64,000 nt of DNA, from the NCBI GenBank assembly GCA_949358305.1, contig OX442314.1, positions 27,280,001 to 27,344,000 of the forward strand, given 5' to 3'. Source of the stretch: Strigamia acuminata (lineage: Eukaryota). Both the position numbers and the translations under genes were made by a program. The notes beneath the pieces were generated by a model. That model was not told the origin of the DNA, did no database searches, and saw only the letters and a program-made list of their open reading frames with translations. Position 1 is the first letter of the stretch, and each line of letters opens with the position of its first letter. Of this stretch, positions 1 to 11,696 are shown piece after piece.

Positions 1-3000
1 ACAAATAATGAACGTGACGCTTCCGCCCTCGCTGTGCTTTGAAACGGCGTTCACGTCCGCGGAACCCGTCACGCGAATCATACCCCAACAACAACAATCG
101 TTGTCAAACAGCTCCGCTATTCATTCGTGCCCGTCTCCATTTTATTTACACGATCCAAGAGGTGCGAACTCGATTTTTGGGAACTCGTCGGTTCGAAGAC
201 TCGAAGGGAAGTGCGGCGGATACGACAATTTGGCGTATTTGGTTCCGAATAGCGAGGAAAATGAGGGGAGTTTTGACATTAAAATGTTGAAAGAAGATTC
301 GAGTTTGAGTTCGTATCATACGGTTCCTTCGTGTGTCAATCCGGACGCGAAAAGAGGTTCGCACACTTCGTCTTCGTTGTCTTATCGTACTCCGTGCGGT
401 AATGCGCAACCGGAGCGAAAGCGAAGATGGTGTAGTTGGCCAAGTAAGCGACAGGCGATCGAAGAGTGGGTGCGAAACTCGTGCTGGCCTGGTAACTAAC
501 ATTATGCTAACACTTGTCTATATCTGTCTAATTTATGATTTTTTTCGGTAAAAATTAAGTTTTTTGTTTATTTTTTCGGTAAAAATTAAGTTTTTTGTTT
601 ATTTTTTCGGTAATAATTTAATTTTTAGCTGATTTTTTCGGTGAAAATTCAATTTTTAGTTGATTTTTCGGTAAAAATTTAATTTTTAGTTGATTTTTTC
701 GGTAAAAATTTAATTTATGATCGGCTCTGAACAAAACGCAGGGTACACCCAAAATGGGGTACCCAATTTGGGTACCCAAAATTTCCTGAAATGATTAATC
801 AAATTTTTTACAAATTTTCAGAAATCAATTTAATTTTTATTATGCCCACTGTGATTGAAACAGACTAAATCTGTTGTGGCACTCACTTCCGGAACTGCCA
901 GCCCTTGTCCCATATAGACGATCATAACATTTTCATGTATTGAGATCGTGGGATAACCAACGGTCACTTTACTTTTCAATAATCGGCCCTTGGTGGAGCT
1001 ACGAGACCCGGAAGTGGTCAACAGACTAACGGGACATAAAATTATCCAAATTAAACACAAAATTATCCAAATTAAACACAAAATTATCCAAATTAAACAC
1101 AAAATTATCCAAATTAAACACAAAATTATCCAAATTAAACTAAAAATTATCAAAATAAAACTAAAAATTATCAAAATAAAACTAAAAATTATCAAAATTA
1201 AACATAAAATTATCAAAACATTTTTAAAAAATCATCAAAATCATTTAAAAAAGAAAGAAAAACTTTACCATTACCTGTTATGATCCAAACATGTTAATAT
1301 TTTTATCTGGTTGATTGAGTAACTCCTCCTGGTTTTGTAAAACCAAAAAGGAGGAATGATTTATCTTAAAAAAACGAATCAGTTATATTTGTGGAAGAAA
1401 TAATTCACAATCAATGTTATCATTTTTATACATAACTTAAATAATGTCAAAATATAACAAATCTTAAAGAAAAGTGCATTTTTTTTTTTTTAAATAGATA
1501 AATTTCGTTGCACTTGGGTACCCAAATTGGGTACCCCATTTTGGGTGTACCCTGCGTTTTGTTCAGAGCCTTTATGATCGATGTTTTTCGGTAAAAATTT
1601 AATTTACGATTGATTTTTAGTTATGGTAAAAATTTAGTTTTTAAATCGGTTTTTTTAGGTAAAAATTAGATTTTTAATTGATTTTTCAGGTAAAAATCGA
1701 TGTTTAAAAATTAAAAATTGATTTTGGAATTTCTAAATTGTAAAAAAAAAATTATACTAGAAAGGCCAGACCAGTTTTGGCCATTCTAGGTTAATTGCCT
1801 TTTTTCTTATTATTTTTTAAGAAAAAATGTCACGTTTGCTGATTTATGATGTAAAACATCACAAATCAGCTACTAAAGTAAAAAGAAATAGCATTGTAAA
1901 CCCATCGAGTTTATTGCTGCAGCTATTTTAAACAGCTGTACCGGTCAAAATGACCGGTCTGGCCTTTCTAGTGTTAAAAATTAAATTAATAAAATTAAAA
2001 AAAAATGCAAAATTAAATTTAAAAGCCAAAAAGGAATATTTTTGGTAAAATTTGAATCAAATATTTCATCGCACATCTTACGCTTTATCCCCTCCTTGCG
2101 GACAGCCAATTTTCCCAGCTGCAAACTGAAATCTGGCAGTAACCATAATCCATAACAAATTTTTAACACCTAATATACATTAGAATTAACAATTACAGGG
2201 CATTGGCCTTCCAAACGTATAACTCAACACATAACATCCAGACATCGCCAAAATATTTTTTTTTTAAAAATAAATACACTGTAATTATTCCACATTAATT
2301 TCTTTTCTCAAAGATCTTACAGATAGCTGTAAACAACTGGCGATAGACACATTCCAGCTGTTGACACTAACATTACCATCAGACAGCAGAAGAAAACTAC
2401 ACATGCTTCTTCGATTTCTGAACTTGGTTCTGAAAAACGACCAAGTAAAGTTTCTTACCAGAAACCAGGTTCGCCAGACTAAAAAAAAAACTTCACTATT
2501 TTATATTTTATTACAATTAACTATTAAATTTAATTTCAATTAATTTCCAGGTGTTGGAGACATTTTCTAGCTGCATTTTGAAGTCCGACACCAATCACGA
2601 CGAACTCGTTGTCGCACGAATAGTCAACTTTCTGATAGACAACTATGAGGCAATATTCATCTTACCCAAGGAATTGCACTCGCAAGTGCGCGAGAGACTC
2701 ATTTATCTAAGCCGTGAAAAGGTACAACGGCGCGAGCGAGCAACTAATGGCTTTTTACATCTCTTTCCATTTATGGGGATTTTTAGTGGTACTTTTAGAA
2801 AGTAGTGTGCTTTTCCCAACTCACTTAAAGCAGTGGTTCTTTAAATAACCAATAAATGAAGAAATAAATGATTTGAATGCAACACCACCACACCAACAGA
2901 AAGGAATTTCCTCTTTGCTATTTTAGCTTTAGAATGATAAAGAACTGCTGATTTAAAAGGATAAACTGCAATAATTTTAAATAAAAATGCCAAAATTGCA

Positions 3001-3653
3001 GAAAATCTTAAAAAATCAATTCAAATCTCGAGTGAAATCATTAAAATCTTTAAAAAATCTCCAGCAAAATTTTAAAAATCCATCCAATATGTGGTCCATT
3101 GGCTACTGCAACAATTTTAATCAGAAAAATTAATTTATTCAATGTTCATTGCAGTGTATTGTATGTTATCTCCTTGCTTTGGGTTTCCATTTCTAGCATA
3201 TTAGTAAACTTGTCTTATTCTAACAGCACCATACTATTGTTGAGCTTATGGTTTACTTTTGGCACCCTTAAATGTTCCGTTTTGCAGATTGAATACTCCT
3301 TAGGAGATGCAACTTCAGTTACTTATTGTGAACAGGTATCGAAGCAGCAGTATGAAAATCAAAAGGAAAACCATTCAAAAAGAGCCTTGAAGGATCTTTT
3401 GGATTCACTTCTGCAAGATGAGAAGTTGAATAGAAAAGACAAGATGAAGAAACTAAAAAAGGTGAAATTTCTACTATTTTTTATTACTGTTTACTTCATC
3501 TAACTTTAAATTTCCAAAATTTAACAGTTCAAAGAAGCATATCCAGACATTTACAGGGAAAAAATGATAAACAGTGAGAAAGTGCAAATTAAAAAGGAAA
3601 AAGAATCGTCTAAACTGACTTTATTACAACGAGTCAAAAGCCTTCGCATTTAA
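1..3653 (+). CDS. DEPDC1: DEP domain-containing protein 1-like (DEPDC1A/B family, RhoGAP-like domain); 3' part, gene begins upstream of the window
   Basis: Exons <1-491, 2314-2444, 2551-2721, 3289-3461, 3528-3653 join in frame at GT/AG sites. Translation includes AIDTFQLLTLTLPSDSRRKLHMLLRFL, ETFSSCILK..DELVVARIVNFLIDNYEAIF, TYCEQVSKQQYENQK and KLKKFKEAYPDIYREK, resembling DEPDC1 C-terminal motifs. Stop TAA 3651-3653. Confidence 0.8.
535..720. repeat. ~30-bp AT-rich minisatellite (ttttttcggtaaaaattaagttttttgttta-like), continuing degenerately at ~1580-1700
   Basis: About 6 direct units precede the 723 insertion and similar units resume after it. Confidence 0.8.
723..1570. mobile_element. Non-autonomous TIR transposon with 9-bp TSD (Mutator/MULE-like)
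   Basis: ~57-bp TIR (ggctctgaacaaaacgcagggtacacccaaaatggggtacccaatttgggtacccaa) at 723 with its reverse complement ending at 1570. Flanking direct repeat tttatgatc at 714-722 and 1571-1579. Confidence 0.9.
1037..1215. repeat. 21-bp tandem repeat (aaaattatccaaattaaacac) x~8.5 inside the MULE-like element
   Basis: Directly visible; produces the spurious KIIQIKH and IILCLIW ORFs. Confidence 0.9.
1755..1973. mobile_element. Small TIR element, probably piggyBac-type MITE
   Basis: Inverted ends actagaaaggccagacc ... ggtctggcctttctagtg; right end followed by TTAA, left TTAA degenerate. Confidence 0.55.
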
Positions 3654-3745
3654 AAGAAATTCCAAACAAGAAAAATTTCTGCTAATGTAAAAAACAAATA
3701 ATAATAATAAAATACAGCTTGAAAATAAATAGGTAAATATAATCA

Positions 3746-6700
3746 TCATCTAACTACTGTTCCACTATATCCTGTTGCTGCATATGTACCAATCTTTTCA
3801 GAGAATCTTGAGCACATGTTTCTAGAGCCCCATCCAAATGTTTCTGATGTATAACCACTGAAATATAAACAATATATTTAAGTGCCTGAAAATGCATTTA
3901 CAATCACTAGGTGCATTCAAAAACCTTTGAGACTAAACTTTTAAAGAAAAGTGAAAAACTAAGTTTTAGTTTTCTGATAAACCAAACTCAGTGAAAATTG
4001 TTGCCTAAAAAGTGCAATTTTTGCCTGTGAAAAGCAATTTTTACAGGAAAAATGCAATAATTGCTTTAAAAATATCATTTTAAAATAAATGTTGAATTTT
4101 TATTGTAAAATTTGTCTTTTTTAGGTAATAATTGCAATTTAATAGTGAAAATTAAATTTTTTTGTATAAAAAATGCAATTTTGACCTATAAATGTGAAGT
4201 TGTTGCACTGCAAAATTCAAATAATTCTAATTTTATCATTATTATGTATTCGGCCGAATACATAATATTCGGTTTTTAGGCCGAATAACCGAATATAAAC
4301 CGAATATTCGGTGCAACCCTATTGGAGTCAAACCATGCCTTGTACATCCGATTGTGTTTTTACGCGATTTTGAATTAACGCGGTCTAGAAAAATCATCCA
4401 CTTCCCATATTACCCCACTTATTGCCGCATGTCGGTGTAGTGCGAGGGGCTGTGTTCTCATCCGCGTGCGCCGCATCCGCGCCTCCCTGATCCGCTCGAT
4501 CCCCTCTCCGCGCTCCCCCACACGCGGCTCCCGCATCCGCGTGGTTCTGTTCGAACGCTCCCTGATCCGCTCGGTTTGTAAGCCGCGCGGAATATAAGTA
4601 ATATAAAAAATTAAATTCTGCGCGGTTTCTAATCCGCGCGGAATATAATTAATAAAAAAGATTACATTCCGCGCGGTTTCTAATCCGCGCTCCCACCACG
4701 GTTAATCACGTGAGCGTCGAGACTGTTCGCCCACTGGACCCGTCGGACGTGGGATCGGTCGGTGGCTTCGGACTGGCGGTGGACTCGCAGGAGGACAGAC
4801 CGACTACCCGCAGACCCATCGCCACGGCGAGGAACAGAGGGCGCGCTACTTTCGTTCTTCGACGAACAAAGCGGGGATTCGGATTCGGAGACCACCACGG
4901 TCACGGACCCACCCACCACGAGGCGAAAGGCGAGCCCTCGACGAACATTTTTAAACATTTTTTAATTCGGCGCGGATGAGACTACGACGCGGATAAGGGA
5001 TGGAATTGCCACGGATCCACAACAAGCGGATTAGACCCGCGCGGATGAGCCCTTGGCCGAGTGCGAGTATTACTGGCATGCCGGTGTAATTGAGTACGAA
5101 TTTTTTTTTAATTTTGAGCCCAAAATATGCTTAAAACGCATATTTAGATGTCCAAGATGTAGGAAATTGGCCTAAATTTCTATAAATCTTCAGAATATCA
5201 AGAAAACTTAAATTTCAGCCCCAAATTTTAACATAATTATTCATCTGGGCTCTTTTAAACAAAAAAAACAAAAAACCAGTTTTTTCACTTATACCGGCAT
5301 GTTTTGCTCTACACCTGCATGCCGTTATACGCTTTTTGAGTGAGATTTGAAAAAGATGATAAACCCATGCCCAATGGCATGTGGCAGTAAGCGGGGTAAC
5401 ACGGTCCGTTTTTAAATTTTTTGATTTAACACAGTTTTGTATAAAGATTTTTTAAAAATGAACACAGGAGCTGCATTTTGGTGTTTGTATGTTTGTTTTA
5501 ACATCACAAAACAAAGATACAAATACCTAGAACAGGGGTCGGCAACCTGCGGATCTTTCGATGTCAAGATCAATATCATAAAATTGAAACAAAAATGTTA
5601 GTGGCTCTTTAAAAACTGGGAAATTTTGTAAATTGTAACTTTTGGCTCTTCCGTCTCAAAAGGTTGCCGACCCCTGACCTAGAACACTTAAAACACGACT
5701 TTTTGAATGCAACTAGCCTTTTTTTTCTGGAACGTGTAAAAACAAAATTTGGTATATTTCCTTATTTAAAACAGCACAATGCATCAATGCAAACCATCAG
5801 CCTTGCGCACCAAAAATTAATATTTTGTTTGTTAAAAATTTGGTATTATCGAGTGTTTGACTATCGAAAGGACAAGAGAAAATAAAACTTTTAAAATAAT
5901 TTCCATTTATTAAATTCCTTCGATTTTATAAACATCAAATTTTGGTGGCGCACTTTGCACAATGATTACACCGGCGATGATTAGTTGATGACCAATTATT
6001 TATTTATTTCATTTAGTTTACCTAGTATCTCTTCCTAATAAGAATCCTAAAATTCCTCCACCAATAACTCCTGACCAGAACCCAAAGTTTCCTGTACAAC
6101 CTGAATATAAAAATTGCTTCACTCGGACTCGGCCTTCCGTCGTTTACCACGGGGTTTCTTATCCTTACGACCGGTACGTTTTGGCTTTGCCTTCTTTTTT
6201 TTGCAGTCACCATTCGAACCCGTACTCGAACCCGTGCACGAATCACCTTCTTCCTGTTTGCTCGGGGCTTCTTCTTCTTCCTGTTGGCTCGGGCAACCGC
6301 CACAATGCTCTTGTTCTTTTGGAACTATGAAAAAGTAGTACAATCCGGCCAGCAGTAATACAATTATGAAAAATGCGATCAAAGTCCACAACCATCCCCC
6401 CGATGTTGAATCATCATCATCAGCAGGCTTATTCTGTGGCTTCCGTGGCTTCGGTGGCTTCCGTGGTTCCCTGAAATTCAAGTCAAATTTAAATTAAAAT
6501 GTATTTTTGTTGTATGATACGTGACAAATCGGGGAATCCCATAAAATTAATTCAGGGATTCCTATGAAAATAAATCGAGGAATTATGAAAACAATAATTA
6601 AAAATAAAATTTAAGAATTTTTTGTAAGAATAATTTTATTTATGAGAATTGTCCCTTGCTTCTTTTGGTTCGATGTGTCTTAACGTATTTTCTAAAAATT

Positions 6701-7812
6701 GACCGATTAATTTGGGGTGCATCTTATGGTCCGATGCTTCTCATCAATGAAATTTCACAAAAAATGCGATAAATTAATTGAATTCGATCAAACTTCTTTA
6801 GAAAACCTGACAAAACGATTTTCTTAAAATTTTTTAGTACAAAAGATTTGAGATTTAGTCATTTTTAGACTAAACAAATGTTGCTCTACAAGTTTACAAT
6901 TGGAAATTTCTGTCTATCTCTAACGGTTTCCGAGATAATTTCTCAATGACCTTGAAGGTCAAATTTCGGGTCACCAAAAGATTGCCCCACCCAACTTCAA
7001 TACTCTACCATCATTAGATCAGATAAATTGTCAGAACTTTCAGAAATATTTACTATAGTGATAGACTTTTTGTTCACCCTGTATATAACGGCATACGAGC
7101 GTGTATTTTATTTTGTAAATCGGGCCCAACTTTCATTTACCAGTCATAAGTTTTCCTTCTTTCCATCAGATCATCCTCCCAATCATCCTCCCATTCGTCC
7201 GTCTTTCCTTTCGAAACTTCCAAATAATATTCTAACTAAAATTAAAAATTTAAATTTAAATTAAATTAAAAATTCTAAAAAATAAAATCATTCTTGGGTC
7301 ATTCACTCACACCACAAGACCCCACCAGAACCTCGAAATCACCGGCATAATCGTACCCTTCACAATTGACAGTGAGTCGCCCGAATTCTGTATGAACGGG
7401 CAATTCAGCTTTGCATTCCCACTGAAAACAAACATTAACATCAACATACATCCAATATTTAAATCAATATTTATCTTATTCTACATGCACATCGTGACCA
7501 TCCCAGCCCATATTTCTACACTGAACTACTTCCGGTGCATCGATACATCCGGCACTGCCTCCCAAACATTTCAACTGGAGTAATGGCGGCGCTCTTCGAA
7601 ACGACGTGTGCCGGCCCGCGTGCAGTGTCAGCACTTGTATTTCCGACAACAGAATTTTTTTATCAGTACCTGCAATGCCATCAAATACAATTTTAATTAA
7701 TACATTTTCTTAGCAATTAAAGAATTAACTTACCCCAACCGAATACCGCAATGGCAAGACCGATCACAACGAATATACAAACACCGGCAATTTTGTTGAA
7801 ACAAATAATCAT
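3746..7812 (-). CDS. SARAF: SARAF/TMEM66 paralog 3 (divergent, apparently intact)
   Basis: Exons ~7812-7734 (signal peptide MIICFNKIAGVCIFVVIGLAIAVFGWG), ~7669-7490 (IQVLTLHAGRHTSFRRAPPLLQLKCLGGSAGC), ~7420-7310 (WECKAELP..VNCEGYDYAGDFEVLVGSCG), ~7235-7141, ~6470-6169 (TM helix), 6100-6023 (GFWSGVIGGGILGFLLG), 3857-3746 (ATGYSGTVVR*). Phases are compatible throughout. Confidence 0.8.
4250..4322. mobile_element. Truncated end of a TIR element with ccgaata subrepeats
   Basis: Repeated tattcgg/ccgaata motifs ending in ggtgcaacccta; partner end not found. Confidence 0.45.
4404..5405. mobile_element. Composite TIR element in SARAF-3 last intron with GC-rich atccgcgc-repeat core
   Basis: Imperfect TIRs ccatattaccccacttattgccgcatgtc / ggcatgtggcagtaagcggggtaacacgg. 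Interior 4440-5060 carries many atccgc(g/t)c motifs in both orientations. Confidence 0.6.
5533..5676. mobile_element. hAT-type (Charlie-like) MITE
   Basis: TIR caggggtcggcaacc / ggttgccgacccctg; exact 8-bp TSD acctagaa (5525-5532, 5677-5684). Same family as 58539-59365. Confidence 0.92.
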
Positions 7813-8197
7813 TATTAATAATTAAAGCAAAACGAAAAACTTTGATGGGCGTACGCACGGCCCATCGCCGAAAACGTTACATTCATCAAATTCCGGAAGT
7901 CTCCGGCAACGACATTTCGACGATTGTTTCACACCATCCTGTTATTAGTGCATTGTTATTACATGCAAAACAATCCTAACTTTAAAAAAAAATTAAAACA
8001 ATTTAAAATTTATAATAATTTATTTTATTAAATAATAATTTACTTAATTTAACGTTCAATTTACTTAATTTAACGTTCAATTTACAAAATTCAAAGCCAG
8101 GGAGAAAATATCACCTAAACTAACTTTATTTCAATCAAAAAACAATTTCCAAAATTTCTCGGTGCTAATGTAAAAACACAACACGCAAAAACAGTCA

Positions 8198-9628
8198 TCA
8201 TCTAACTATTGTTCCACCATATCCGGTGCCACTTCTGCTTCTGCTTCTCCTTCTCGTACTTCTGTTTCCATACGATCGTGTAGAACCACCTCTGAAACAT
8301 AAAGCCAGAAAATAGAATCTAAAAAGTGCATTTTTGGACTCAGCGGTGCTTTACCCCGTGTTGTTCCTTCCAAATAAATATCCTATAAGTCCTCCTGTCC
8401 AGAACCCGGGACCCTCGGAATTACCAGCACGCTTTGCGTTTCCCGAACAATCTGCAAATAAAACATTGATTCGGTAATTTTACTTTTCCTCATTTTTTTT
8501 TTTTATCTTCTTTTACTATCAGAATTTGAGTAATAGTTTGAACGGAAACCCCGCGGTGGTGACGGTGCACTCCGGTATGTCCCACCAGAACGTGGCTGGG
8601 GCCGCGAATAGTCATCCGTCGGGCTGTATCGAGGTTGGTGCAAGCAGAAACGGTAGAATCCGTAAATCACCAATAGAATTATCGCAATTCCGATTAAATT
8701 TGCCATGCGCGACGATGACTCGGGTGCATTCCTGAAAATATGTACGAAATTCAATAATCTGACGTAATCGATGTATACACATTTAAATTATATATACTGT
8801 ATATTAATCATTATAGTTGTGGGTAGTGTCGTTTAATTAACGATTCTGGAGTAGTTTTTTTCGCTCTTTCTTTTGGTGTTTAGCTTTTTACAATCCGACC
8901 TTCCGATCTCGAGATATTTGCGCTTTTCATAAATTTTTGCCCCAAGTCGCCATGTTTGATTGCACTAATCATTAGAATGCGCCAAAAAATGTATATATCC
9001 CAACTTGCGCTTACCAATCATCGTTACTAGATTTTCCTTTCGACCTCTCCAAATAGTATTCCAACTGAAATAATATAAAAAAAAATTAAAAACTTAAATT
9101 TTTTTTTTATTTTTTTATTCATTTATCTGCACTTACCCCACAAGATCCTTTCAGAATATCCTTATCACCAGGATAGTCATACCCTTCACAATTCACATTG
9201 ATTCTACCGAATTTTGTACGACTAGGCATTTCGGCTTTACATTCCCACTGAAAACTAAACAAACATTAATATTTATCCAATATTTCATTTCTTTATTCCA
9301 TCACCTGCACTTCACTTCCATCCGACCCTGAATTTTTGCACTGAACAATATCCGGCGCATCTCTACAGCCCGCACTGCCCCCCATACATTTCAGCTGGGG
9401 CACTGGGCCCCCTCTCCGGTACGACGTCTGACGGCCCGCGTGCAGTGTCAGCACTTGCACGTCCTTCAACCGAACTTTTTCATTCCCTGCAAAGTCAACC
9501 AACAATTTCAACCAATTTAATCTCACCAATTAAAAAAATAACAACTTACCCCGACCGAATACCACAATTGCAAGACCGATAAGTACGAATATACAAACAC
9601 CGGCAATTTTGTTGAAACAAATAATCAT
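8198..9628 (-). CDS. SARAF: SARAF/TMEM66 paralog 2 (chimeric, with in-frame deletions in the C-terminal exons)
   Basis: ATG 9628; VRLKDVQVLTLHAGRQTSYRRGGPVPQLKCMGGSAGC; WECKAEMP..VNCEGYDYPGDKDILKGSCG; TM LIGIAIILLVIYGFYRFCL; GPGFWTGGLIGYLFG; ends TGYGGTIVR* at 8198-8200. Seven exons in frame. Confidence 0.88.
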
Positions 9629-10014
9629 TATTAATAATTAAAAACAAAACGAAAAACTTTGATGGGCGTACGCACGGCCCATCGCCGAAAACGTTACATT
9701 CATCAAATTCCCGAAGTCTCCGGCAACGACATTTCGACGATTGTTTCACACCATCCTGTTATTAGTGCATTGTTATTACATGCAAAACAATCCTAACTTA
9801 AAAAAAAATTAAAACAATTTAAAACTTACAATAATTTATTTTATTAAATGATAATTTACTTAATTTAACGTTCAATTTACAAAATTCAAAGCCTGTGCCG
9901 GCATTTACAGGGAGAAAATGGAAAATATCACCTAAACTAACTTTATTTCAATCAAAAAACAATTTCCAAAATTTCTCAGTGCTAATATAAAAAAACAACA
10001 CGCAAAAACAGTCC

Positions 10015-11468
10015 TCATCTAACTGTTGTTCCACCAAATCCGGTTGCGGCGTGTGTGCTACTGCCACTGCCACTTCTGCTTCTCGTACTTCTGTTTCCTT
10101 GTCCCCAGGTCCCGCTTCCAGAGCCCCATCCACCACTGTTTCCATACGATCGTGTATAACCACCTCTGAAACATAAAGCCAGAAAATAGAATCTAAAAAG
10201 TGCATTTTTGGACTCAACGGTGCTTTACCCCGAGTTGTTGCTTCCAAATAAATATCCTAAAAGTCCTCCACCGGCAGCTCCTGTCCAGAACCCGGGACCC
10301 TCGGAATTACCAGCACGCCTTGCGTTTCCCGAACAACCTGCAAATAAAACATTGATTCGGTAATTTTACTTTTCCTCATATTTTTTTTTATCTTCTTTTA
10401 CTATCAGAATTTGAGTAATAGTCTGAACGGAAACCCGGCGGTGGTGGCGGTGCACTCGGGTATGTCCCACCAGAACCTGGCTGGGGCCGCGAATAGTCAT
10501 CCGTCGGGCTGTATTGAGGTTGGTGCAAGCAGGAACGGTAGAATCCGTAAATCACCAATAGAATTATCGCAATTCCGATTAAATTTGCCATGCGCGACGA
10601 TGACTCGGGTGCTTTCCTGAAATTATATACGAAATTCAATAATCTGATATAATCGATGTATACAGAATGTATCAAAAAAATGTATATATTAATCATTAGT
10701 TGTGGGTAGTGTTGTTTAATTAAAGTTTCTGGAGTAGTTTATTTCGCTCTTTCTTTTGGTGTTTAGTTTTTGACAATCTGAGCTTCCGTTCTCGAAATAT
10801 TTGCGGAAAGGGGATTGGGCCGACTGTATTCTGTATATCCCAACTTGCGCTTACCAATCATTGTTACTAGATTTTCCTTTCGACCTCTCCAAATAGTATT
10901 CCAACTGAAATAATTAAAAAAAAAATTAAAAACTTAGAAATTTTTATTTTATTTTATTCATATATCTCCATTTACCCCACAAGATCCTTTCAGAATATCC
11001 TTATCACCAGGATAGTCATACCCTTCACAATTCACGTTTAGTCGGCCAAAAGTTGTATGACTAGGCATTTCGGCCTTACATTCCCACTGAAAAAAAAACA
11101 AAACAAACATTAATATTTATCCAGTATTTCATTTCCTTATTCCATCACCTGCACTTCACTTCCATCCGACCCTGAATTTTTGCACTGAACAATATCCGGC
11201 GCATCTCTACAGCCCGCACTGCCCCCCATACATTTCAACTGGGGCACTGGGCCCCCTCTCCGGTACGACGTCTGCCGGCCCGCGTGCAGTGTCAGCACTT
11301 GCACGTCCTTCAACCGAACTTTTTCATTCCCTGCAATGTCAACCAACAATTTCAATCAATTTAATCTCGTCAATTAAAAAATAACAACTTACCCCAACCG
11401 AATACCACAATTGCAAGACCGATAAGTAAGAATAAACACACTCCGGCAATTTTGTTAAAACAAATCAT
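10015..11468 (-). CDS. SARAF: SARAF/TMEM66 paralog 1 (most canonical copy)
   Basis: ATG 11468; same 7-exon layout; PPPPPGFRSDY, GPGFWTGAAGGGLLGYLFG and C-terminal ATGFGGTTVR* match the SARAF pattern. Confidence 0.9.
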
Positions 11469-11696
11469 CACTATTAGTTCCTTTCAAAACCAAACGATAA
11501 AAAAATTCAACCGACTGCCTACAGAATTACTACTATTATGCTACGACACGTTATCACAGTAAACTGTGACGTTTATTTAGTCGATGAAATCATTTCGGAT
11601 CCGGAAGTAACCACCACGATTTTTTCCAGTGGTGGTGAAATCCGGAACTACAAGATAAATTCTTGTTTGTGTTCGTTTGTTTCGGAGGCCCTAATC
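11469..11696. promoter_or_regulatory. Putative bidirectional promoter of SARAF-1 and NDUFA11
   Basis: Divergent start codons ~230 bp apart; ETS-type CCGGAAGT at 11601-11608. Confidence 0.55.

Noticed and set aside
830..1283. ORFs with IILCLIW and KIIQIKH repeats
   Set aside because: Translations of a 21-bp minisatellite inside a transposon.
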